Shown here: positions 25,255-37,031 of the stretch, in pieces | How the letters are laid out: each line of letters starts with the position of its first letter | How positions within the stretch are numbered: the first letter of the stretch is position 1 | Assembly: GCA_964252075.1 (NCBI GenBank) | Contig: CAXULY010000018.1 | Location: forward strand, 33,740 to 97,739 | Length of the DNA: 64,000 bases | Source of the DNA: an uncultured Deinococcaceae bacterium | GTDB lineage: Bacteria; Deinococcota; Deinococci; Deinococcales; Deinococcaceae | Reading direction: 5' to 3' | The notes under the pieces: model-generated | Database searches by the model: none | Seen by the model: the letters and a program-made list of their open reading frames with translations, nothing else | Told to the model about the DNA's origin: nothing | Translations under genes and position numbers: made by a program

Positions 25255-26169
25255 TCAGTCCTCCTGGGGTGAGAGTGAGCCGATGAGTTCCACGTCGCCC
25301 GCGCCGACGCGCACGGTGCCCGTGTCCGTGCCCACCAGCAGGGCGCCGTCCGGGGCGAGGTCCAGGGCGGTGCCCGTCACGTCGCCGCCGGGCGTGGCGA
25401 CCCGCACGGCCCGCCCGAGCGTGACGCTCGCCGCGCGCCACGCGGTCAGCACCGCCTCGGGTGGGGCGGTCAACCACACCTCCAGCGCCGCGAGTACGTC
25501 GCGCAGCACGTCCACGCGGGAGGCGGGCCGGAACTCCGCGAGGCCCGCCGCGCCTTCCGGGGCACCGTCCACGTTCAGGCCAATGCCGAGCACCGCACCG
25601 CGCAGTTCCTCGCCACGCACGTCGGCCTCCAGCAGCAGGCCCGCCAGCTTGCGCCCGTCAGGGGCAAGAAGATCGTTGGGCCATTTGAGCCCCCCGACCC
25701 CGCACGCCTCGTGCAGGGCGACGCCCGCCGCGAGCGGCAGCAGGGCGAGGTCCGGCAGGGCGGTGGGGGTGCGCAGCGCCACGCTGAAGGTGAGGCCGCC
25801 GGAGCGCCACACGCGCCCGCGCCGCCCGCGCCCCGCCGTCTGCCGCTCTGCGAGGACCACCGCGCCGTGCGGGGCGGGGTCCTGCGGGTCGTGCAGCCAG
25901 CGGCGCGCCTCGTCCTGGGTGCTGGTGACGGTGCCCAGGTAGCGGTACGCCCGCCCGAGGGCGCCGCGCGGGGCGAGAACCGCCTCGCTGGGCGTGCCGG
26001 GCGCGAGGGCGTACCCGCGCCGGGTGACGGTGACGGGATAGCCCTGCTCCTGCAAGATTCGGGCGCGCTCGTGCACGCTCACGCGCCCCAGGCCCAGCCG
26101 CGCGCCGAGCGCCTCGCCGGACTGCGGGGTCTCCGTCAGCAGGGCGAGCAGGGTGGCGTCTCCGGTCAC
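25255..26169 (-). CDS. birA: Biotin-protein ligase with N-terminal HTH (BirA)
   Basis: SGEALGARLG HTH, STQD, QTAGRGRRGRVW, LKWPNDL, KLAGLL, GIGLNV. Confidence 0.93.
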   Translation of the reverse strand: MTGDATLLALLTETPQSGEALGARLGLGRVSVHERARILQEQGYPVTVTRRGYALAPGTPSEAVLAPRGALGRAYRYLGTVTSTQDEARRWLHDPQDPAPHGAVVLAERQTAGRGRRGRVWRSGGLTFSVALRTPTALPDLALLPLAAGVALHEACGVGGLKWPNDLLAPDGRKLAGLLLEADVRGEELRGAVLGIGLNVDGAPEGAAGLAEFRPASRVDVLRDVLAALEVWLTAPPEAVLTAWRAASVTLGRAVRVATPGGDVTGTALDLAPDGALLVGTDTGTVRVGAGDVELIGSLSPQED

Positions 26170-26294
26170 GTTCGGCAGTCTGACCCAAAGGGGCGAACGG
26201 GGGCAAGGGGGCGGGGCGGCGTGGGCCTTCAGCATTCCCTGGCCTTCCCCCGCCACACTCCCCATGACCCCCCTCGCCGCCTTAGGCTGGGCGG

Positions 26295-28367
26295 GTGCCT
26301 GACCCATCCACCGCCGAGATCCTGTGGGACCGCTGGGGCGTCCCGCACGTGTACGCCACCACCGACGAGGGCGCCTTCCGCGCACTGGGCTGGGCGCAGA
26401 TGCATGCGCACGGCGACCTGCTGCTGCGCCTGTACGCCCTCGCGCGCGGGCAGGCGGCCGAGCACTGGGGGGAGAAGTACCTGGAGAGCGACCGCCTGAT
26501 CCGCCGCATGGGCATCCCGGGACGCTCCGCGCGCTGGGTTGAGGCGCAGGAGCCCGCCATGCGCGCGAACCTGGAGGCGTTCGTGGCGGGCGTGAACGGC
26601 CACGCGAACGCCCACCCGGAGGCGCTCGCGCCGGAGGTGCGCGCGGTGCTGCCCGTAACCCTTGAGGACGTGTTCTCGCACATCCAGCGGGTGTACTTCG
26701 TGTACCTCACCTCGGGCGGGCAGCGCCCGGCGGGCGAGGCGTACAACGACCTGATTCCCACCACGACGCTGCTGCCGGACGCGCCGCAGATGGGGACGGG
26801 CGTGGCGGGCTCGAACGCCTGGACGGTGGCGGGCAGCCGAACGGCGAGCGGGCGCCCCATGCTGCTCGCGAACCCGCACCTGTACTGGGGGGACTCGCAC
26901 ACCTTCTTCGAGGCGCACCTGAACGTGGGCGATCACTTCAGTGTGTACGGCGTGGCGCAGGTGGGCTGGCCCGTGCTGCGCTACGGCTTCAACCCGCAGC
27001 TGGGCTGGGCGCACACGGTGAACACCCTCAAGGGCTGGGACGCCTTCGCGCTGGATGTGCAGGAGGGTACCTACCGCCTGGACGGCGAGTGGCGGCCCTT
27101 CGAGACGCGCGAGGAAACCCTGCGTGTGCGCGGCGAGGACGGCGAGTTGCGCGAGGAGACCCTCACCATCCGCGAGAGCGCGCACGGCCCGGTCGTCACG
27201 GAGTCCGCCGGGCGTCCGGTCGCGGTGCGCTGCGTGGGCCTGGACGTGTCCCCCATCTCCGGCCTCTTCGCGCAGTACTGGGCGATGGCGGGCGCACAGA
27301 CGCACGCGGAGTTCGAGGCGGCCCTCGCGCGCCACCAGAACGCCATGTTCACCGTGCTGTACGCGGACCGTGACGGGCACACCGCGCACTACTTCACGGG
27401 CCTGATTCCCGAGCGGCCCGGCGGGGACTGGCACACCTGGGCGGGCACCCTCCCGGGCGACGACAGCAGCCTGATCTGGACGCGCACGCACCCCTTCAAC
27501 GAGTTGCCGCGCGTGGTGGACCCGCCCTCCGGCTGGCTGCAGAACGCGAACAACCCACCGTGGTGCACGACGCTGCCCGCCGCGCTGAATCCCGGTGATT
27601 ACCCCGCGTACTTCGCGCCGCGCATGATCACGCCGCGCGAGCAGCGCTCCATCCGGCTCGTGTCGGGCCTGGAGGACGCGGCGCTGGAGGACATGGTGCG
27701 CGCCACGCTCGACACGCACAGCGAGACCGCGGAGCGCCTCCTGCCGCCCCTGCTGGCCGCCGCGCAGGGCTCGCAGAGTGACCTCGTGCGCCGCGCGGCG
27801 GACGTGCTGGCACGCTGGGACCGACGGTACAGCCAGGACAGCGTGGGCGCGGACCTCTTCGCGCGGACGCTGGTGCAGCTCGGGGTCAGCCGCACGCTGG
27901 AGAACATCACGGCGGAACCGTGGGACGCGCTGGAGCCCCTGGACACCCCGCGCGGCCTCGCGGACCCCGGCGCAGCCGTACGGGCGCTGGAGACGGCCGC
28001 CTCCAGCCTCCTGCGCGACGCGGGCACCCTGGAGCGCCGCTGGGGCGAGGTCACGCAGGCGCGGCGCGGCACGTACCGCGTGCCCGGCCACGGCCACCTC
28101 GACCCCTTCGGTGTGTTCCGCGTGTCCGGCTACGCCCCGGACGGACAGGGCGGCTTCGTGCAGGCCTTCGGCACCACCTACGTCGCCGCCGTGGAGTTTA
28201 CCACCCCCCCACGCGCTCAGGTCCTGCTCGCCTACGGCAACGCCTCTCAGCCCGACAGCCCACATTTCGGTGACCAGCTACCCATGTACGCGCGTGGCGA
28301 GATGCGCGACGCCCTGCTCACCAGGGAGGCAGTGAACGCCAGCACCCAACGGCGAGAAGAGGTGTAA
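26295..28367 (+). CDS. Penicillin/cephalosporin/AHL acylase family Ntn hydrolase
   Basis: WDRWGVPHVYA, GSNAW beta-chain nucleophile, LLANPHL, GWAHTVN, QNANN; TAGGCT -10 box 6 nt upstream. Confidence 0.92.
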   Translation: MPDPSTAEILWDRWGVPHVYATTDEGAFRALGWAQMHAHGDLLLRLYALARGQAAEHWGEKYLESDRLIRRMGIPGRSARWVEAQEPAMRANLEAFVAGVNGHANAHPEALAPEVRAVLPVTLEDVFSHIQRVYFVYLTSGGQRPAGEAYNDLIPTTTLLPDAPQMGTGVAGSNAWTVAGSRTASGRPMLLANPHLYWGDSHTFFEAHLNVGDHFSVYGVAQVGWPVLRYGFNPQLGWAHTVNTLKGWDAFALDVQEGTYRLDGEWRPFETREETLRVRGEDGELREETLTIRESAHGPVVTESAGRPVAVRCVGLDVSPISGLFAQYWAMAGAQTHAEFEAALARHQNAMFTVLYADRDGHTAHYFTGLIPERPGGDWHTWAGTLPGDDSSLIWTRTHPFNELPRVVDPPSGWLQNANNPPWCTTLPAALNPGDYPAYFAPRMITPREQRSIRLVSGLEDAALEDMVRATLDTHSETAERLLPPLLAAAQGSQSDLVRRAADVLARWDRRYSQDSVGADLFARTLVQLGVSRTLENITAEPWDALEPLDTPRGLADPGAAVRALETAASSLLRDAGTLERRWGEVTQARRGTYRVPGHGHLDPFGVFRVSGYAPDGQGGFVQAFGTTYVAAVEFTTPPRAQVLLAYGNASQPDSPHFGDQLPMYARGEMRDALLTREAVNASTQRREEV

Positions 28368-28374
28368 CACCCCT

Positions 28375-28597
28375 TCCGTCCGTGCAGCGAGCCCGAGCCG
28401 CGCGAGCGCCAACACCTAGATGACATGCCAGCAGATACCCGGCAACGCTTCCCATTTAGCGAAGCGCCAAGCGACCAGGGTCGGCGCTGGGAGCGAATGA
28501 GCAACGCAGACGACCTTCCGGCCACCCATGCTCAGCGCAGCGTCGCTCCCCCTGCCCCCTCTGGGGGTAGGGGGCTGGGGGGTGGGGGGTGGGGGCG
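28375..28597. repeat. Probable Deinococcus-type small intergenic repeat (REP/MITE-like) ending in a hairpin plus G-runs
   Basis: GCGCAGCGTCGCTCCCCCTGCCCCCTCTGGGGGTAGGGGGCTGGGGGGTGGGG resembles repeats I recall from Deinococcus genomes; single copy in this window. Confidence 0.45.
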
Positions 28598-28690
28598 ACC
28601 CGCACCATGAACACTGGCCAATGCCCTCCAAGCCCCATCCCTGGAAGCGCTTCCGACGCTCCTCATGCCCCTGACGGTATGATGCTGGGC

Positions 28691-30601
<1,911 letters not shown>

Positions 30602-30602
30602 C

Positions 30603-31619
30603 GTGACGGACATCCAGGCGCGCAAGTTGCGGCACATCGAGGCGTGCCTGCGGGCGGACTCGCAGTACCAGACCGTCACGGCGGGCTTCGAGCGGGTGCC
30701 GTGGCCGTACCGGGCGCTGCCGGAAGTGAACCTGGAGGAGGTGGACCTCTCGACCAGCTTCCTGGGCCGGCGGCTGAGCGCGCCCGTGCTGATTGGCGCG
30801 ATGACGGGCGGCGCGGAGCGCGCGGCGATCATCAACCGGAACCTCGCGGTGGCCGCGCAGCGCCTGGGGATCGGGATGATGCTGGGCTCGCAGCGCGTGA
30901 TGCTGGAGCGCCCGGAGGCCGCTGCGAGCTTTCAGGTGCGGGAGGTCGCGCCGGACGTCCTGCTGATCGGGAACCTGGGTGGCGCGCAGCTTCTGAAGGG
31001 CTACGGCGCAGCGGAAGTCACGCGCGCCATCGAGACCGTCGGTGCGGACGCCCTGGCGATCCACGTGAATCCCCTGCAGGAGGCCCTGCAGACGGGCGGG
31101 GACACGCGCTGGGCGGGCCTCACGGCGCGGCTCGCGGAGGTGGTGGCCGCCACCCCACACCCCCTGCTGCTGAAAGAGGTCGGGCACGGGCTGGGCGGCG
31201 TGGTGGCGCGACAGGTGGCGGGCGTGGGCTTCACGGCGCTGGACGTGGCGGGCGCGGGTGGCACCAGCTGGGCGCGCGTGGAGCAGCTGGTGCACCACGG
31301 CGCGGTGCGCGACCCGGACCTGACGGAGCTGGGCATTCCCACCGTGAACGCACTCCGGGAAGTGCGCGCGGCGCTGCCCGGCATGCCGCTTGTCGCGTCG
31401 GGCGGCGTGCGCTCGGGCCTGGACGCCGCGAAGGCCATCGCGCTGGGCGCGCAGGTGGTGGCGGTCGCGCGGCCCCTGCTGGCGCCCGCGCTGGACGGCC
31501 CGGACGCGGTGGAGGCCTGGCTGCGGGACTTCATCCACGCGCTGCGCGTGGCCCTCTTCGTGGGTGGGTTCGCGGGCGTGGACGCCGCGCGGGGCAGCCT
31601 CGCGCGGAGCCCATGGTAA
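30603..31619 (+). CDS. fni: Type 2 isopentenyl-diphosphate isomerase
   Basis: RKLRHI, AMTGG, GSQR, HVNPLQE, KEVGHG, GAGGTSW, ASGGVR. Confidence 0.95.
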   Translation: MTDIQARKLRHIEACLRADSQYQTVTAGFERVPWPYRALPEVNLEEVDLSTSFLGRRLSAPVLIGAMTGGAERAAIINRNLAVAAQRLGIGMMLGSQRVMLERPEAAASFQVREVAPDVLLIGNLGGAQLLKGYGAAEVTRAIETVGADALAIHVNPLQEALQTGGDTRWAGLTARLAEVVAATPHPLLLKEVGHGLGGVVARQVAGVGFTALDVAGAGGTSWARVEQLVHHGAVRDPDLTELGIPTVNALREVRAALPGMPLVASGGVRSGLDAAKAIALGAQVVAVARPLLAPALDGPDAVEAWLRDFIHALRVALFVGGFAGVDAARGSLARSPW

Positions 31620-31689
31620 TCTGGGCGACCTGAACGGCCCGCACCCGGTGATCAACCTGATTCCAGCCCCGCTGGCGCGAGGCTGAGCG

Positions 31690-33225
31690 ATGCTGCTGCT
31701 GCTCGGCGGTCTGGCGCTCTTCCTGTTCGGGGTGCGCCTCACCGGCGATCACCTGCAGGGCCTGTTCGGCGCGCACCTCAAGCGCAGCCTCGCGCGCGCC
31801 ACGCGGTCCCTGCCGCGCGCCGCCGCGACGGGTTTCGTGGTGAGCGCGCTCACGCAGTCCAGCACGCTCATCAGCCTGCTCACCGTGCAGTTCGCGCAGG
31901 CGCGCATCCTGAGTTTCCGGGAGGCGCTCGCCCTCGCGCTGGGCGCGAGCGTGGGCGCGACGCTGCTCATTCAGCTGCTGACCCTGCACCTGGAGCTGGC
32001 CTTCCCGCTGCTGGCGCTCAGCCTGCTGCTGCGCTCGCGGCGCGTGCTGGGCGGGCATCTGGGCGGCGTGCTGCTGGGGCTGGGGCTGCTGCTGCTCGGC
32101 CAGCAGACCCTGCTGGGCGCCCTGATTCCCCTGCAGGGGGACGCGCTGGCGCAGGGGGTGCTGGCCGCGCTGTCCGCGCAACCGCTGCTGCTGCTGCTGC
32201 TCGGCGCGCTCCTCACGGCGGTCATTCAGAGCAGCAACGCCCTCACGCTGCTGGTGCTGTCCCTGGTGTCCGCGCGCCTCCTGAACGTCGAGCAGGGCGT
32301 GGTGATGGTGCTGGGCGCGAACGTCGGCTCCACCTTCACGGCGGTCATCCAGAGCGCCGCAGAGAGCGTGCTGGGCCGGCGGGTGGCGCTCGCGCACAGC
32401 GGCCTGAAACTGACGTTCGCGCTGCTGCTGGCCCTGCTCGCGGCGCCCGTCACCGCCGCACTGACGCACCTGGAGGCCGCACCGCCGCGCCTCCTCGCGG
32501 ACGCGCACACGCTCTTCAACGTGCTGGTGCTCTTGGTGGGCCTCCCCCTGAGCGGTGCGTTGGGCCGCGTGATGGCGCGCTGGCTGCCCACGCCGCCCAG
32601 CGAGGACGCCCCGAAGTACTTGGACGCCGGGGCGCTCGTGCAGCCGGAACTTGCGTACGGGCTGGCGTACCGAGAGACGGTGCGCGTCGCGGAGGCCGTG
32701 CAGGCGCTGTACCGACTCGCGGTGCGCGCGTTGGACGGTTCGGACGTGCGCGCGCAGGTGGCGGTGCAGGAGGACACCGTGGACACCCTCGTGAACGAGG
32801 TGATCGCGTACCTGGGGCAGTTGCGTGGTCGGCTGGACGAGACGCACCTGCGGGCGCTGCTGGCCATCATCAGTGAACTGGAGGCCCTCGCGGACCTGTG
32901 CAAGCGCCTCGCGCGGCAGCACGGGAAGCTGGAGGCCATCGGTCAGCGGCTGCTGCCGGAACGCCACGAGGACCTGCTGCGCCTCACGGCCCGCCAGCAG
33001 CAGCGCATTCAGGTGATCCTGACGGCGCTCGGCACGCGCCGTGAGCCAGGACCGGACGAGGCTGACTTCAGTGACGCCATCGGGCGGCGGCGCCTGCGGT
33101 ACCTGGAGCACCTCACGCCGGGCACAGCCGTGAACGCGCACAGCGCCTTCCTGGACATGCTGGCGATTCTGGAGCAGGTGCATGACGGCTTCGAGCGCAT
33201 CGCGCGGCAGGTGAAGTGGCTGTGA
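31690..33225 (+). CDS. Na/Pi cotransporter family protein with PhoU-like C-terminus
   Basis: GGLALFLFG, two QSS repeats, GANVGST, ADAHTLFN, PKYLD. Confidence 0.88.
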   Translation: MLLLLGGLALFLFGVRLTGDHLQGLFGAHLKRSLARATRSLPRAAATGFVVSALTQSSTLISLLTVQFAQARILSFREALALALGASVGATLLIQLLTLHLELAFPLLALSLLLRSRRVLGGHLGGVLLGLGLLLLGQQTLLGALIPLQGDALAQGVLAALSAQPLLLLLLGALLTAVIQSSNALTLLVLSLVSARLLNVEQGVVMVLGANVGSTFTAVIQSAAESVLGRRVALAHSGLKLTFALLLALLAAPVTAALTHLEAAPPRLLADAHTLFNVLVLLVGLPLSGALGRVMARWLPTPPSEDAPKYLDAGALVQPELAYGLAYRETVRVAEAVQALYRLAVRALDGSDVRAQVAVQEDTVDTLVNEVIAYLGQLRGRLDETHLRALLAIISELEALADLCKRLARQHGKLEAIGQRLLPERHEDLLRLTARQQQRIQVILTALGTRREPGPDEADFSDAIGRRRLRYLEHLTPGTAVNAHSAFLDMLAILEQVHDGFERIARQVKWL

Positions 33226-33686
33226 CGCGCCGCCGAATCTGAGCGCGCCAGGTTCGGCGGGAAGGCCATGGCCTCACGCAGGGCCTTCCGGGGAACGGGG
33301 CGCAACACACAGCGTCGCTTGCGGGCGGGGCCGCAATACCGCGCCACTCCAGCACCCGAGCTGGCCTGCCCCAATGCATGGCTCAGCGCAGGACAGGGAG
33401 CAGCAAGCCACGCGCTGAGAGAGACCCACGCGGCCCTGACTCGATCGCGTCTGGCCGGTCAGCTGGCGCTCCCACAGCCAGTACCGACCGCACTCGGGCA
33501 CCAGACACTTCGACGCCAGTCCACTGTGCGAGGAAGCAGACAGGGGTGGGGTGAGGCGGCCCACGAACCTGGCAAAGAGGCGCATCGGATTGTCATGGCA
33601 CTCTGTGCAGCGACCGGCGAGGGAGCCCTTACCTTAGGGGCCCGCCCCTCACGGAGCGGACCCTTCGTTCTGCGGCCAGCGAATCC

Positions 33687-34613
33687 TTACTTTGCCAGAA
33701 CGCTGACGATTTCCTGCTCGGTGATGGGGCGGCTCTGCGCCCCAATCTTGGTGCCCGCCAGGGCGCCCGCGGCGTTCGCGGCGCGCGCGGCGTCCGCCAT
33801 CTTCTGACCGGACAGGATGGCGTGCGCGAAGACCGCCACGAAGGTGTCGCCCGCGCCGGTGGAGTCCACCACGTCCTCGCCGAGGTTCACGGACTCCACG
33901 AGTTCGGTTTCCTCGGGCGTCCAGACGATGGAGCCCATGGCGCCCACCTTCACCACGACGCGCTTCGCGCCGCGCGAGCGCAGCATCTCCAGCGCGGCGC
34001 TGATGCTGCCCGTCTCCGTGAGGGCCAGCAGTTCGTGCTGGTTCAGCAGGATGTAGTCGGCGCCCAGCACGTTCTCGAGGAGGCGCATGCCGGCGGCGTT
34101 CACGGCGCCCGTGCCGAGGTCGATGAAGACCGTCACGCTGGCCTTCTTGGCCATGTCAATGGCCTTGATGGCGTACTCGCGTTGCGGGCCCGCGATGAGG
34201 CTGTACGCGGAGACGATCAATGCGTCTGCCGCGTCGATGTCCTTCTTCTTGAGTTTCGCGGCGTCCAGCTGGCGGTTCGCGGCGCCGGAGCTGATCATGG
34301 CGCGCTTGCCGTCGGGCGTCTGCATGACGGTGATGGTGCTCGTCAGGTGGTCGGGGTCCTTCTGGACGGTGCCGTCCGCGACGCCGCTCTCGCGCACGAG
34401 GCGCAGCGCGTAGTCCGCGAAGGGGTCCTGGCCGACGCGCGCGGCGAGCGTGACGGTGTGCCCGAGGCGCGCAAGCGTGACGCTGATGGTGCCACCTGCC
34501 CCGCCGGGCTGCATGCTGGCGCGCACCGGCGAGACCTCCTCACCCGGCGCGGGGAGGCGCTCCAGGTAGTACAGGTGGTCCACCGTTACGTCGCCGATCA
34601 CAAAAAACTTCAA
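33687..34613 (-). CDS. PfkB-family carbohydrate kinase
   Basis: KFFVIGDVTVD, PGGAGG, VVDSTGAGDTF; TTG start after GGAGG. Confidence 0.9.
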   Translation of the reverse strand: MKFFVIGDVTVDHLYYLERLPAPGEEVSPVRASMQPGGAGGTISVTLARLGHTVTLAARVGQDPFADYALRLVRESGVADGTVQKDPDHLTSTITVMQTPDGKRAMISSGAANRQLDAAKLKKKDIDAADALIVSAYSLIAGPQREYAIKAIDMAKKASVTVFIDLGTGAVNAAGMRLLENVLGADYILLNQHELLALTETGSISAALEMLRSRGAKRVVVKVGAMGSIVWTPEETELVESVNLGEDVVDSTGAGDTFVAVFAHAILSGQKMADAARAANAAGALAGTKIGAQSRPITEQEIVSVLAK

Positions 34614-34665
34614 GTGCGTTCCTCCCCGCGCCGTGCTCACGCGGCCCTGTTGGACTGTCGGTGCT

Positions 34666-35493
34666 TCACTCTAACACGCCCAGTTGGTGGGCGAGATCCT
34701 GCATGGTGTTCAGTGGGACGTCTTCGGCCCGCACGTCCGCGCGGATTGGAAGCGCTGCCAAGGCGGCGTCGATGCGTTCCGCGCTGTAACCGGCCATGCG
34801 CAGGTTGTTGCGCAGGGTCTTCCGACGGTGGTGCAGGGCCGCTTCCAGCAAGCCTAGAAGGCGCCTGTCAGGCTTTTGTCCCGAGAATTCCAGGCGCACG
34901 ACGCTGGACGTCACGTCCGGCGCGGGGAAGAACGCGCCTTTCGGCACGTCCCGCAGCAGCTTCACCGTGCCGTGCAGCGCCGCGAGGGCGCTCAGGTACC
35001 CATACCCGTCCTCGCCGGGGTGCGCGGCGAGCCGCTCGGCCACCTCGCGCTGCACCAGCACCGTGGCGCTCACGATGTGCGGGCTCTGCATGAAACGCGT
35101 CAGGAGCGCGCTGCTGATGTAGTACGGGAGGTTCGCGATGACGCGGCTGCCCGCCGGGACGCCCGCCCAGTCGAATTCCAGCGCGTCGCCCCACACGACC
35201 TCCACGCCGCAGCCCTCCAGCGTCTCCGCCAGGACGGGGCGCAGGCGTTCGTCCTTCTCGAGCGCCGTGACGCGCGCGCCGCGCGCCGCAAGTTCCCTGG
35301 TCAGGACGCCCAGGCCGGGCCCCACCTCGTACACCGTCTCACCGGGCGCCGCGCCGCCCGCCTCCGCGATGTACCGCAGGATGTTGCCGTCCACCAGGAA
35401 GTTCTGCCCGAGGCTCTTGGTGGGCCGCAGGCCGTACCGCGCGAGCAGGTCGCGCACCGTGCGGGGCGAGTACAGGGCGGGCGCGCCTTCCAT
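34666..35493 (-). CDS. rsmA: 16S rRNA m6,2A1518/1519 dimethyltransferase
   Basis: KSLGQNFL, EVGPGLGVLT, ANLPYYI, VQREVAERL, FFPAPDVTS, RRKTLRNNL. Confidence 0.97.
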   Translation of the reverse strand: MEGAPALYSPRTVRDLLARYGLRPTKSLGQNFLVDGNILRYIAEAGGAAPGETVYEVGPGLGVLTRELAARGARVTALEKDERLRPVLAETLEGCGVEVVWGDALEFDWAGVPAGSRVIANLPYYISSALLTRFMQSPHIVSATVLVQREVAERLAAHPGEDGYGYLSALAALHGTVKLLRDVPKGAFFPAPDVTSSVVRLEFSGQKPDRRLLGLLEAALHHRRKTLRNNLRMAGYSAERIDAALAALPIRADVRAEDVPLNTMQDLAHQLGVLE

Positions 35494-35505
35494 GTGGGGC
35501 CCGCC

Positions 35506-36027
35506 TCAGCCGCGCCGCGCGGGAGCGCCGGAGATCAGGGTGGTGAGTTCCTCCTCCAGGCGCTTGCGGGCCTGCAGGTCCTCCAGGCCGAGCGCGGCGG
35601 AGAGTTCCGCGGCCAGCACGCGCTTCCCGGTCGTGAGGATGGCCTGCTCGCTGTCCGACAGGCCGCGCGTCACGTCGCGGCGCGTGAGGGTGCCGACCAG
35701 CGACGTGATCTCGCGCAGGTTGCCGCCCTCCAGCACCGCCTGCTCGCGCCGGTAGCGGGCCTGGAAGCCCTCGGGGAGTTCCATGTCCGGTTCGGACAGC
35801 GCCGCCAGCAGCTCGGGGACCTCGTCGGCGGACATGGCGCGGCGCAAGCCCAGCGCCTGCGCGCGCGCCACCGGCACCATGACGCGCATGCCGCTGGGCG
35901 TGAGTTCGATGTCGAAATAACGCTCGGTATTGCCGAGCACCTTGCGCTCGGTCAGGCCCACCACCACGCCAGGCCCATGTTGCGGGTACACCACCCGGTC
36001 GCCCGGTGCGAGCAGTAACTCAGTCAT
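35506..36027 (-). CDS. carD: CarD-family transcription factor
   Basis: GDRVVYPQHGPG, VMVPV..A..LGLR, ARY. Confidence 0.88.
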   Translation of the reverse strand: MTELLLAPGDRVVYPQHGPGVVVGLTERKVLGNTERYFDIELTPSGMRVMVPVARAQALGLRRAMSADEVPELLAALSEPDMELPEGFQARYRREQAVLEGGNLREITSLVGTLTRRDVTRGLSDSEQAILTTGKRVLAAELSAALGLEDLQARKRLEEELTTLISGAPARRG

Positions 36028-36237
36028 GACTCTCCTTCCACGGCACGAACCCCCATGATACGCGCTTTGCCCCTGCGCGTGGACAGAAGTGTGGCCGGAA
36101 TCCCAGCCGGCCGCCCACCTCCTGCCCCCACCATCAGCTTCGGCGCGCGATCTGAAGGCCAGGGCGGGGCTTCGCACCCGCGCGAAATGGTCGGCGCGCA
36201 CGCCCATCTCACGAGACCGCGCCGTATACTTGCGAGC

Positions 36238-37029
36238 ATGACCGACACCCTTCCCTGGACCGCCAGCCTGCAGGCCGGTGAGTTCGGGCAGGCCCGCGCC
36301 CGCGCCGCCCGTGACGGCGCGGACCCGCTGCTGCTGGCCGCCCTGGAAGACCTCGACGCCCTGAGTGGCGCCATCCGCGCGCGCAGCTACGCGCAGGCGC
36401 GCCGCCTGCTGGTGCGCTACCAGGACACCGCGCGCGAGACGCCGCTCGCCGACCACTTCGACCCCAGCGGCCTGGACGCCGCGATGGGGGCCCTGGAGGC
36501 CAACGAGGGGCCCGCCCGGCCCACCGAGGTGGCGCAGCTCCGCGAGCAGCTCGCGCCCGCCTTCGCGCACCCGCTCACGCAGGCGGAAGCGCTGAACGCC
36601 CTCGGCGTGCTGCACGCCCTGCGCGAGGAGCACGCGGACGCCCGCGCGGCCTTCGGGGAGGCGCTCACGCGCGACCCGCAGCACTACCGCGCGCTCACGA
36701 ACCTCGGGAACCTGCTGCTGGAGGACGGCGACCTGGACGGCGCCGAGGCGGCGTACCGCCGCGCGCTGGAGCTGAACAGGGATTATCCGGGCGCGCACCA
36801 CAACCTCGCGGTGGTGCTGCGCAAGCGCCGCCGAGTGGGCGAGTCCATCCGCGCACTCAAGACCAGCCAGCGCCTCGCGATGCGCCAGTCACGCCAGCAG
36901 GGCCAGGATGAATTCAAGCAGGTGATGGGCCGCATGAAGGTCAAGGCCAACCCGCGCAGCGTGCAGGTCACGGTGGGCGTGGCGCTCGCGGCCGTCCTGT
37001 ACCTCGCCCTGCGGGGCTTCCACTTCTAG
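36238..37029 (+). CDS. Tetratricopeptide repeat protein with C-terminal membrane anchor
   Basis: ALNALG / ALTNLGN / AHHNLA TPR repeats; TATACT -10 box 7 nt before ATG. Confidence 0.88.
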   Translation: MTDTLPWTASLQAGEFGQARARAARDGADPLLLAALEDLDALSGAIRARSYAQARRLLVRYQDTARETPLADHFDPSGLDAAMGALEANEGPARPTEVAQLREQLAPAFAHPLTQAEALNALGVLHALREEHADARAAFGEALTRDPQHYRALTNLGNLLLEDGDLDGAEAAYRRALELNRDYPGAHHNLAVVLRKRRRVGESIRALKTSQRLAMRQSRQQGQDEFKQVMGRMKVKANPRSVQVTVGVALAAVLYLALRGFHF

Positions 37030-37031
37030 CG

